The translations under genes and the position numbers were made by a program. Below, one piece after another: positions 37,017 through 48,679 of a stretch of 64,000 bases of DNA. Each line of letters starts with the position of its first letter. The first letter of the stretch is position 1. The notes below the pieces were generated by a model. It did not search any database. It was not told the DNA's origin and saw only the letters and a list, made by a program, of their open reading frames with translations. The stretch is taken from the NCBI GenBank assembly GCA_044892525.1, contig CM097888.1, forward strand, positions 36,580,001-36,644,000, written 5' to 3'. This stretch comes from Schmidtea polychroa (Eukaryota).

Positions 37017-38765
37017 TGGTATTTATTTCTAGATTTAATAAAATTAGCTAATTTAGCTAATTAAATAAATGAATAATAATTATTTTCAAATATTTATCAT
37101 TAATTTTATTGGTTAAATTTATTCCAATCTTAATGAAAATTTTTAAATTTTTAAAGAAATTTGAATTATTAATATCAATAAGTTTCATATAGAAATCCCA
37201 GTTATATTTTATATAATAATTACATTTATTTTTATTTGAAATTTAGATTTTCGAATTTTTAAAAAAGTATATTTTATAAATATTTTTTATTGTTTTAATT
37301 GTTTTAATTGTTTTAAATATATTTTACACTTTAAAATTTTATATTAAATATTTATTTTATGTTAACATCAAACAAACAAAGGTCATTAAAAGTTATACTA
37401 TATTTACGGTAAATATATTTTTTTGGAAAAATAAAGAACATCGAAGAAAATAAAAAAGTACCTTATAAAATCCATAAATTTATAACATTATTTTCAAAAA
37501 TAGCAGTGAAATAAAGGACTGTCCTCTTAAATGATCGACGTATGGTCACCAGTAGGTAGTTAATAGCTAGTCGCAGCAGTACCCTCACAAAGGGGTTGCT
37601 ACAGAATTTTTTTTCTCAATGGTTACTTAATTGCTGCAAAGTGCAACACTTATTTTTTCTGGTGTTTTCAATACAAAAAAAGTTCTATAGAAAAAAAGCC
37701 ATGTTTTTCTGACTATAGTGAGGGGTGTCCTTGGTTCTGGGATTTTAAATACAAATATCAGTCTACACTAAAAAACCAAGGAATCATTCGGAATCAATGA
37801 ATAATTCGGGTGGGTCTCTTTGGTATTGGGATTTTCAATACAAAAACATTGTAAATTAAGGATTAAAATGTAAATTATGGGTCTAAAAATTGAATTAAAT
37901 TAATCAATGGACTGAAATAAGTAAAGTAAATTAAATCAAAGGCCTGAAATTGAATTAATGTTCAAAATTTAAAATTAAATTAAATTTAGGTTCAAAATTT
38001 CAAAATAGAGTAAATTAAAGTAAGAATTTTAAATTTATTATCAAAAACTTTAAATCACAACCAACTTTTGAGAAATAAAAATTTTAAATGAAAATTTTAA
38101 TGAAATAATTTTTATTGACAATTTTAGATTGAAATTTGTTTTTGAAATATTTTTCAATGTTATATTTTAAAATTAAGTAATCAATGGTCTAGAATTTTAA
38201 ATAAGTAAATTAAAGTTAAAAATTTAATTTTAAAGTAATATTTTAAAATTAAAGTAAATTAATGTAATATGTAAATTAAAGTAAGAATTTTTAATTTACT
38301 ATCAAATAGTTTTAATAATATTCTGCTTTTGAGATATGAAATTTTAGGATGAAATTTTTATGAAATAATTTTTAAAATTAAATTTAAATGGAAATTTCTA
38401 TAAAACAATTTTGAAAGTCAAATTTAAATAGAAATTTTGCTAATAATAATAGTATTAATAATAATATTCAGAAAAGAATCTAACTAATAAAACAAAATTA
38501 AATAATTCAATTTATTCATTAATACTCTTATGGCTTAAAACTCATTTATAATATTTGAATGGTCATAATTGAATGCGGTGGTTTTTGCCATATCTTTACA
38601 TTACTTTATATAATTTGCAGTGAAAATAATTTGTGGTCGCAGAACCACTGTTCTATATGTTGATGGTTTCTTAGCATTTAGAATTAGATTTCCGTGGCAA
38701 AGGTTTATTAAGTATATTCCAAGCTACTTTAAGAATAAATGAATGAAGAACAAATTTATCAATTG

Positions 38766-39955
38766 TTACGTAACCCATACTCCAGTTTCTTTCGATTTGG
38801 GTTTGCTGATTTCTTCTTCAACGTACAACTTTGCTGCGCAATATGCTGTCTTATGATTAAAGTTCTTTGAAACCTTTTTTATTCCAAAGTATAAAAAGCT
38901 GCCCAATAAAATACCTGGGTATTTTTAATTTAAAAAAATTACTTACATTAATTTACCGTAAATTGGAACTTTATAGCTGAACTTATCTGATTCTTCTAAT
39001 ATGCTATTACTTTTTGACTCATTTTCATGGTACCTGTAATGTACAGTTATTTTTATTAATATTGTAATGTACAGTTATTTTTATTAGTATTTTAGTGTTC
39101 ACAATTAGGAATTGTGAATACTAAAATATAAAATGCCACCATCTGGGAAATCCAGATTTTCAAAAAAACTATATAGCCATAATTTACTATAGTAAATTAT
39201 CGCTATAGTAAATTGAAAAATTAAAAAAAATCAATAACCAAATAATACAAAACAAGCCAAAGCAGAAATTACTTACGAAAGTTAGGAAATTTAATCCAGA
39301 ATCAAACGAACGAAAAAAATCAAATAATCATTGATAACTTTAGTAAAGATAAAGATTCAACGATAATATAGTTTCAACTTTAGACGAAAAAATACAGAAG
39401 ACACAAGAGAGAAACCTATCAGAAAGAAATCTAAAATCGGGTGACGTCAATTCAGATAACGACAATCAAAGAACGTTACAATACAGTTGTAAAAACCTTG
39501 CGGATATAAGGAACTAAATTAAAAATAGAATACGGAAAAATTACAGTATCAAAGAATCAGAACAACAAAACTAAGAACGTTTGAAGTTAGCCGGTTGTAG
39601 AAACTCAGGTCATTCGTTTTTTTTATTTTGAAAAAAAGTTCTAGTTCGCTATATATTATTGTTTGTTATCATTTTTATTTTATTTGTAGTTACATTATTA
39701 GTAAACACAGCACGCACCCCGATTGTCCCGCCACAAGTTTTAACGGTGACTCTTTCGGGCTCATCAAATTTCTTAACAACAACATAATATAATACACAAA
39801 TATAATAAGAACATACTAATATAACAGTACCAAAGTGGAAATCTTAAATTCTAATTATAATATATATAAAGTAATTTTTATATTACAATGACATTCACTT
39901 TTAAATGGAAGAAAATGTAATTTTTATAAATTTTCCTAAGGAAATAATTAGCCAT
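38766..39955 (-). pseudogene. Truncated SUOX duplicate interrupted in exon 2 by a solo LTR
   Basis: Same junction stop as the other copies. Exon 2 is split at GTACC. Confidence 0.85.
39035..39826. mobile_element. Solo LTR, 792 bp
   Basis: TGTAAT...ATAACA termini and 5-bp TSD GTACC (39030-39034, 39827-39831). Absent from the paralogous SUOX exon 2 copies. Confidence 0.85.
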
Positions 39956-40979
39956 AAGATTTAAGACACGGCTAATTTTTAACTGAGAAAATTGAAAAAA
40001 TAATGACAAAATGATTTAAAATTAATATTTAGTCAAAATTAATCTTTGCAATTCAAGTCAAATTTCTTTCTGAAATACACATACTTTTACGATTATTAAA
40101 ACAATAGTTATCAAGGTCAGCTCATGGAACTGAAATAATGAAATGAAAAGAAATAAATTTTACTCAATCCATTATTATCACATAGTTATACAATTTTTTT
40201 ATAAAAGCACTTCGTGTCTGTGCTCGACCTGAACTGTCAAGACTTTCAATTCTATCCATTTCTGTATGTAACTGCACCTAATATTTCATATACCGCTAAA
40301 TGCCCGTCGCAAGCGACTTTTGTGCTGCAATTTAGTAGGTGGTCGTTAGCAAGAAACGAGTACCCTTACGAAGATTGCTAATGATCTGATGTGTCTCTGT
40401 GTTCATAGGGTATAACGCCTCATTTCCTCTTTTGCCCTCAACGTCATTTTTTTTATCCTAATTTTGTGTATTCGAATTTAACCAAAATTTCCGTTTCAAG
40501 ATATTTAATAATTAAGAATACGAGATTGTTTACCTAAAAATATTTTTCAATTCGAACTGTGTAAAAAGTAGAACAAATCCAATATCATTCCGTGAAATGT
40601 TTCAAGTGATACAAATAACATTTACAAAAATTGCAAATCAAGAAATAATAAAGAGAATAGTCCTCAAAATGAGAAAGAATTAACCTGAAGATTTCAAAAC
40701 ACAAAAGTATTAAATAGAAAAAAATACTCATTTTATATCAAAAAATTGTCAAAAAATTTTATATCAATATCTGAAAATTGTCAATCTACTCTTTGTGATC
40801 TGTGTAAATTGCCTGATACTCCAGTAATTAGATTTTACATTATAATGCTAAAAATTATTGGAGACTTTTCAATATTTTTTCACCTATTTTTATTTACCGA
40901 CTGAAATTTAACGTACCGCATTAGGAGGCTCTCTGGTGCTTTTTCTATTTGATCGGTTTGCTATGTCCATTTGTTTATA

Positions 40980-41349
40980 AAGTAATGGTGTAAAATATTT
41001 TTGTCGGATGTCTCACTTGAATAAAATAAACAGTACAAGCTTTGTGATACCCAGTGCAAATCCCAATAGTAGACTCGTTTCGAGCTTTTGGCTCTCATCA
41101 GTACTATGCAGGAGACACGAAAATTTCTCTTCGCGCCAGGTAAGTATACAATATTGTTGATTCAACTCTGAAGGTGATTATGATTTTTCATACGCCATGT
41201 TTACAAGTTTACAGATTTTTTCTGTGACCAAGCTATTTTGCAAGCGATGTGATTTTCAGTGTACCGGGGAAAGTATGCAATAGAGTTGAATCAACAATAT
41301 TGTATACTTACCTGGCGCGAAGAGAAATCTTCGTGTCTCCTGCATAGTA
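40980..41349 (-). mobile_element. 370-bp hammerhead-containing insertion, copy 2
   Basis: Perfect 12-bp direct repeats CATTTGTTTATA at 40968-40979 and 41350-41361. Confidence 0.78.
41066..41107 (-). ncRNA. Minimal type I hammerhead ribozyme, copy 2
   Basis: ATAGTA-CTGATGA-GAGC-CAAAA-GCTC-GAAA-CGAG-TC^TACTAT. The stem III loop is GA, so it is not palindromic. Confidence 0.88.
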
Positions 41350-41824
41350 CATTTGTTTATATTACAATATTTCATTTTTTTCAGGCCAAGAAATTTAATT
41401 CTGAGTTTTTTTGCTAATCATCTAAAAATGTGATCAAAAAGTAAGTTTCAAATGTTAATATCAGATTAAAAATTAGATATAATACTCATAAAAGAAGAAA
41501 TAGAATTCGTGAAAAACAATAAAGTTAATTGCAGCTCTGAAATTCGGTGAATTCCTCATTCAAAATAATTCAGAATTCAATAAGAAAATATTTACGAAAA
41601 AAATCCTTATCATTGAATCTTTGATATCACGAAAAATCAAAACACTTTGTGTAAAAGAGAATGATTTATTTTTAATTTGAGCTTTTTCAAAATTGTAAAC
41701 AAATCTGGGTGTAGTTTATTTATCAATGATTTTAAAAGTCATTCTATTGTTTAGTTTAATTTTAATAATAAATTAGTTACATTTTTTAGAAGAGCTTGTT
41801 TGCATTAGAAAGTTTGAACTAGAT

Positions 41825-42241
41825 CAGTGCTTCTCAAACTTTCTGATGTGGCGTACCGGCAGATGTTTTTTTTATTTGACAGGGATCGACTAGCCAATCT
41901 AGCTATCGCAAGAGGGAAATGGGAAAAAAAGCGACGACTAATCATGATGACATGAAGTCTTATTCAATTTAAGATCACTAATCATTGTCATGCAAGTCTT
42001 CCCATTGTGCCAGTAATCGGTAGCTTATATGTGCCATTTAATTAATTGTTTATGACCCAAGAAAATATTAATTGAACATTCGTAATAGTATTCATTTATA
42101 CTGGAAACATATAATGAATGTATAATGAGTCACATGACCCACCTGTTTCTCATGGCATGTAATTTTACATTTGTTTATTTTACTTTGAAAATCTCTTCGC
42201 GTACCGGCACCTGTACGCGTACCACACTTTGAGTAGCACTG
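41825..42241. mobile_element. hAT MITE, 417 bp
   Basis: TIRs CAGTGCTTCTCAAACT / CAGTGCTACTCAAAGT and 8-bp TSD AACTAGAT. Empty sites in paralogs near 27270 and 47033. Confidence 0.93.
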
Positions 42242-42750
42242 AACTAGATGACCTTCAATGTTTGGTTTATCATTTTAGGCAAGAAGAAAATGTATGTCAG
42301 GCTCAATATGTTCAACCCTGCAATAGTGAAACATTAATAAACTCACGAAACAAATTCCACATTTCTCTTTAAATATTGCACCTTCTAATAACCTATTAAT
42401 TTGAAATTATGTAATTTTATTTCTTTTGTCAATTGCTGCTTGTCTACATTTCATATGATTTATCTTGATTTTTACACCGGAAATTCAATTAATTTTAAAT
42501 AATTTACAAAGTAGTCGTTATATCATTATGATCCATTGAATGGATCACCAGTAATAACATAATTTATGGTTGTTATATAATTTGTCTTGTTTCTNNNNNN
42601 NNNNNNNNNNNNNNNNNNNNNNNNNNNNNNNNNNNNNNNNNNNNNNNNNNNNNNNNNNNNNNNNNNNNNNNNNNNNNNNNNNNNNNNNNNNNNNNNNNNN
42701 NNNNNNNNNNNNNNNNNNNNNNNNNNNNNNNNNNNNNNNNNNNNNNNNNN

Positions 42751-44006
42751 GTATGGAAAGCCATAGCTTAGGAAATGAGGCTCAACAACAGAATAACCAA
42801 CAGCTTCGTCACAAAAAATTCTGATCTTCCTAACTTCTACCACCTAATTAAAACTCACAAAGAGGGTCCTGGTATCAAAATTAGACCTATAGTGTCCAAC
42901 AAAAATGGACCAACAACTAAAACAAGTTGGCTCCTTGCAAAGATCTTGAAACCTTTATTGGACACGATACCACACCATCTTCAAAGCAGCGACTGCCTCA
43001 TGACAAGACTAAATAATAACATGACTTGTCATAGAGAATTCCAATACCCATTTAGTCTTGATGTCGTATCACTATACACATCTATAGAACCAACAGAGGC
43101 TATTCAATGTTTAGAAAAGAAATTAAGAGAAAGCAACTTGTTAATAAAGGAAATGAATATCGAGAATATTACCAAACTACTTACTGTTATTCTCGAGAAC
43201 ACATATTTTACCTTTGAACAAAATATCTATAAACAAGTTAAAGGTCTGCCTATGGGTTATCGCATATCAGGACTGCTAGCAATCATCTTTATGGATAACC
43301 TCGAACGACAGACACTGAGGACCATACAACCCATCGGTTTCTATGCAAGATATGTAGATGATATCTTCATCACGACCAAAAACAGAAAAGAAGCGAAGGA
43401 AATATTTCATACATTCAATGCGGCTCATCAAGATATTAAGTTCGAAATCGAATATCCGGAAGAAGATGGATCCGTCAATTTATTGGATTTGAGAATCAAA
43501 ATTGAAGGAAATACTCCAACATACGGGTTCTACAGAAAACCAGCTCTCAAAGAAATATTTATGCACCAAAGATCAGCGCTTCCATACTTACAGAAAGTAC
43601 ATGTCATAAGAAACGAGAAACGAAGAATAGCCAATCGATGCATGGAGAGAAATGAAAACTTTAAAGAACAATCAAATTTCAATAAAATCCTACAGCGAAA
43701 CGGATACCAAGGTACAGGACATTGAAAGAATGAATTCTACCCCAAGAAGATCTAGGGAATTAACACAAAAGAATCAGAAATATTTCTATCTGAATATCCC
43801 ATTCATCAGTGACATAATCGACTTCAAGATCCTGAAAGAACTTAAACGTACCGGTCTTCCAATTCGGATAGCACATAAATCTTGGACATTGAGAAGGGCT
43901 CTGGCAAGCAGCATAAATAGAGATAATAATTGCACAATGAAAAACTGCCAGACACCGAAAGATATGTGCTTTAGAAAAAACATCGTCTATTGCATCACGT
44001 GCAATG
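42751..44006 (+). mobile_element. Penelope-like element, partial copy (RT 42751-43725; GIY-YIG start 43652-44006)
   Basis: RPIVS, SLDVVSLYT, GLPMG, YARYVDDIF, NLLDL. The 5' part is in a gap and the endonuclease is cut at CITCNV by an LTR-like insertion. Confidence 0.93.
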
Positions 44007-44903
44007 TGTTGGCGTATGTGGGGAGAACGGGAAGGGTTATCATAAGGCATATACTCAGCTTCATTCGGCTCTGGCCTTTCCCCAGCATACCCACAATAAC
44101 TTTACAGAATATTCCCTCACGTGAGCCCGTGGAGGTCTTACACGTTGGTGATGCTCACATGGGTTGGAGTTGATTCACAGGTGAGTCCCTGCCTTAGGAC
44201 TACTGTTAACCCCCTCTCGGTTCGGGTTCCAAGGTGCCATAGAAGGCCTTACCCACACTCTCATACATAACTCGGTCCGACCCTGGTCCAAAGGGACGAC
44301 CTTCATCCGATGACTTACATTCGATTTAGCAATCAAGCCATACAATTCGTACAACAATCTCATAACTAACTCATCAAATGCCAAGAAAATTTATATTAAT
44401 TCCAACACACATTGATTACACCAAAAAACGTATTACACCGATATCTAATAAACACAGTAAAATGCATAGATGAATTTGTCCGCAGACAAGGATCAAAGTT
44501 AAGTCCAGTAGGGCGAATTAAACTTGACGTTGACGTTATGTTGGATCATCAGAAAATTTCTCCTTCGGCTAACATTTCATCTATATCCACGGGTAACCGA
44601 CAATCTGCAATGAACTTGATACCATCGGCCGGAACTACCCGGAATATTTCTTGGTTTGGAATTGAATGGGAATTGGAGATTTCCTTGATGGTGGATTGGG
44701 CCACGGATAGCGAAGCCTCCAGCGCGGCGATGGCGTCCCTGCGGTTTTGATTTTTCTCAGCGCGCGTCGGCCGCTTACGTTTCCGATTTTGCGTCTTGGT
44801 TTCAACTGTTGGTTGTATCTGGTGAGGCTGGAGAATCGGAGCCAAGATGGGGTCCGATGGACCCTTTGTCACGGGCCTAGAACTGGAGAGAGCTGGAGCG
44901 AGG
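44007..44903 (-). mobile_element. Truncated LTR-like fragment with a small basic ORF (44549-44872)
   Basis: Begins TGTTGGCG where PLE identity stops. Layout and KRKR-helix ORF resemble the left end of 50874-57205. The right end is replaced by the cassette junction. Confidence 0.55.
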
Positions 44904-45205
44904 ATATTCAGAAAAGAATCTAACTAATAAAACAAAATTAAATAATTCAATTTATTCATTAATACTCTTATGGCTTAAAACTCATTTATAATATTTGAAT
45001 GGTCATAATTGAATGCGGCGGTTTTTGACATATCTTTACATTACTTTATATAATTTGCAGTGAAAATACTTTGTGGTGGCAGAACCACTGTTCTATATGT
45101 TGATGTTTTCTTAGCATTTAGAATTAGATTTCCGTGGCAAAGTTTTATTAAGTATATTCCAAGCTACTTTAGGAATAAATGAATGAAGAACAAATTTATC
45201 ATTTG

Positions 45206-45598
45206 TTACGTAACCCATACTCCAGTTTCTTTCGATTTGTGTTTGCTGATTTCTTCTTCAACGTACAACTTTGCTGTGCAATATGCTGTCTTATGATTAA
45301 AGTTCTTTGAAACCTTTTTTATTCCAAAGTATAAAAAGCTGCCCAATAAAATACCTGGGTATTTTTAATTTAAAAAAATTACTTACATTAATTTACCGTA
45401 AATTGGAACTTTATAGCTGAACTTATCTGATTCTTCTGAATTGCTATTTTTTTTTGACTCATTTTCATGGTACCAAAGTGGAAATCTTAAATTCTAATTA
45501 TAATATATATAAAGTAATTTTTATATTACAATGACATTCACTTTTAAATGAAACAAAATGTTATTTTTATAAATTTTCCTAAGGAAGTAATTAGCCAT
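45206..45598 (-). pseudogene. Truncated SUOX duplicate, intact 100-aa spliced ORF
   Basis: ATG at 45598, both short introns retained, TAA at the junction 45206-45208. Confidence 0.8.
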
Positions 45599-47632
45599 AA
45601 GATTTAAGACACGGCTAATTTTAAACTTAAAAAATTAAAAAAATAATGACAAAATGATTTAAAATTAATATTTGGGTCAAAATTAATTTTTGCAATTCAA
45701 GTCAAATTTCTTTCTGAAATACACATACTTTTTCGATTATTAAAACAATAGTTATCAAGGTCAGCTCATGGAACTGAAATAATGAAATGAAAAGAAATAA
45801 ATTTTACTCAATCCATTTTTATCACATAGTTATACAATTTTTTTATAAAAACACTTCGTGCCCGTGCTCGACCTGAACTGTCAAGACTTTCAATTCTATC
45901 CATTTCTGTATGTAACTGCACCTAATATTTCATATACCTCTAAATGCCCGTAGCAAGCGACTTTGGTGCTGCAATTTAGTAGGTGGTCGTTAGCAAGAGA
46001 CGAGTACCCTTACGAAGATTGCTAATGCTCTGATGCGTCTCTGTGTTCATAGGGTATAATGCCTCATTTCCTCTTTTGCCCTCAACGTCATTTTTTGTTT
46101 ATCCTAATTTTGTGTATTCGAATTTAACCAAAATTTCTTTTTCAAGATATTTAATAATTAAGAATACGAGATTGTTTACCTAAAAATATTTTTCAATTTC
46201 AACTGTGTAGAAAGTAGAACAAATCCAATATCATTCCGCGAAATGTTTCAAGTGATACAAATAACATTTACAAAAATTGCAAATCAAGAATTAACCTGAA
46301 GATTTCAAAACACAAAAGTATTTACATAGAAAAAAATACTCATTTTATATCAAGACTCTAAATTGTCAATCTACTCTTTGTGAATTGTGTAAATTGCCTG
46401 ATACTCCAGTAATTAGATTTTGCATTAAAATGTTAAAAATTATTGGAGACTTCAATATTTTTTCACATATTTTTATTTACCAACTGAATTTTACGTACCG
46501 CATTGGGATGCTCTCTGGTGCTTTTTCTATTTGATCTGTTTGCTATGTCCATTTGTTTATATTACAATATTTCATTTATTCCAGGCCAAGAAATTTAATT
46601 CTGAGTTTTTTTGCTAATCATCTAAAAATGTGATCAAAAATTAAGTTTCAAATGTTAATATCAGATTAAAAATTAGATATCATTTCTTAGGTAAATCATA
46701 CTCATAAAAAAAAGAAATAGAATTCGTGAAAAACAAAATAAAGTTAATTGCAGCTCTGAAATTCGCTGAATTCCTCATTCAAAATAATTCAAAATTCAAT
46801 AAGAAAATATTTATGAAAAAAATCCTTATCATTGAATCTTTGGTATCACGAAAAATCAAAAACTTTGTGTAAAAGAAAATGATATTTTTAATTTGAGCTT
46901 TTTCTAAATTGTAAACAAATCTGGGTGTAGTTTATTTATCAATGATTTTAAAAGTCATTATATTGTTTAGTTTAATTTTAATAATAAATATATTACATTT
47001 TTTAGGAAAGATTGTTTCTATTGGAAAGTTTGAACTAGATGTTCTTCAATATTTAGTTATCATTTTAGGCAAGAAGAAAATGTATGTCAGGCTCAATATG
47101 TTCAACCCTGCAATAGTGAAACATTAATAAACTCACAACACAAATTTCACATTTCTCTTTAAATATTGCACCTTCTAATAACCTATTAATTTGAAATTAT
47201 GTAATTTTATTTCTTTTGTCAATTGCTGCTTGTCTACATTTCATATGATTTATCTTGATTTTTACACCGGAAATTCAATTAATTTTAAATAATTTGCAAA
47301 GTAGTCGTTATATCATTATGATCAATCTNNNNNNNNNNNNNNNNNNNNNNNNNNNNNNNNNNNNNNNNNNNNNNNNNNNNNNNNNNNNNNNNNNNNNNNN
47401 NNNNNNNNNNNNNNNNNNNNNNNNNNNNNNNNNNNNNNNNNNNNNNNNNNNNNNNNNNNNNNNNNNNNNNNNNNNNNNNNNNNNNNNNNNNNNNNNNNNN
47501 NNNNNNNNNNNNNNNNNNNNNNNNNNNNNNNNNNNNNNNNNNNNNNNNNNNNNNNNNNNTTGGTAGCAGCATTTATTATTTAAAACAATAAAATGATAAT
47601 TTAAGCCTTTTGCTGCAAATAATGTATTTAAT

Positions 47633-47671
47633 GTAAGAATTTTCGACTATACGATAGTCCTTGTCAATCTC
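47633..47671 (-). ncRNA. Candidate variant hammerhead (U3-A8) in the PLE pLTR
   Basis: GAGA-TTGACAA-G-GACTAT-CGT-ATAGTC-GAAA-ATTC^TTAC. Stem I is weak in this copy. Confidence 0.5.
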
Positions 47672-48046
47672 CTGGAATTTAGCAATGTTCTTCCCCAAAA
47701 TACCTTTCAATCCTTCTTTTATTTCCTTTCTCTTAATTCTCATTGGTTGTAAATATAATGAATTGTTTTACTAAAAACTTTTAAAATTTTTACATTTAAA
47801 ATTTCCAAATGACACAAACTAAAAATTTTTAAATTTTTTACAGCTTCTATAATTAGCTTCTAGAAGCCTAATAAAATATTTGAAAATATTTTAAATAAAG
47901 CTTCCAATAACTACTTATATATGCTATTTAAATATTTCAATAAATGTGTCAATTTTGATTTTCAAACCCTATTTTTAAAATTTTTTTCTATATTATTCTA
48001 ATTAATACTTTTTAATTTCTTTATATATTGTCAGTTATTCTCAAAG

Positions 48047-48679
48047 TCAATGACAACAGATCAAATTCATGATTTCATTGATTTCTTCTTTAATGTTGAT
48101 CTTTGGCTGTCTGTTTATGATGAGAATTGCTTCTTTGAATCTGATATTTTTCTTTTGGATGTTTCCATTAGCTATGATTTCTATTGAAATATTTTTTCTT
48201 TCCTCTGTTGGCTGACACTGCCGGAGATGTCTTCCCAACGAGGATGTTCCACCAGGATCTAGATGTTCTTTAACTCTTTGGTGCAATGTCCTGAGGGTAC
48301 TTCCAATGTAGATTTCATTGCATACATTGCACGTGATGCAATAGACGATGTTTTTTCTAAAGCACATATCTTTCGGTGTCTGACAGTTTTTCATTGTGCA
48401 ATTGTTTTCTCTATTTATGTTGCCTGCCAGAGCCCTTCTCAATGTCCAAGATTTATGTGCTATCCGAATTGGAAGACCGGTACGTTTAAGTTCTTTCAGG
48501 ATCTTGAAGTCGATTATGTCACTGATGAATGGGATATTCAGATAGAAATATTTCTGATTCTTTTGTGTTAATTTCCTAGATCTTCTTGGGGTAGAATTCA
48601 TTCTTTCAATGTCCTGTACCTTGGTATCCGTTTCGGTGTAGGATTTTATTGAAATTTGATTGTTCTTTAAAGTTTTCAT
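48047..48679 (-). CDS. PLE GIY-YIG endonuclease ORF, 210 aa, in a separate overlapping frame
   Basis: YLNIPF, VYCITCNVCNEIYIGST.RTLHQRVKEH, RFKEAILI..QPKIN. Confidence 0.9.
   Translation of the reverse strand: MKTLKNNQISIKSYTETDTKVQDIERMNSTPRRSRKLTQKNQKYFYLNIPFISDIIDFKILKELKRTGLPIRIAHKSWTLRRALAGNINRENNCTMKNCQTPKDMCFRKNIVYCITCNVCNEIYIGSTLRTLHQRVKEHLDPGGTSSLGRHLRQCQPTEERKNISIEIIANGNIQKKNIRFKEAILIINRQPKINIKEEINEIMNLICCH

Noticed and set aside
39735-39780. Hammerhead-like TTGATGAGCCCGAAAG on the minus strand of the solo LTR
   Set aside because: No convincing stem II and no GAAA-stem III-UH arrangement.
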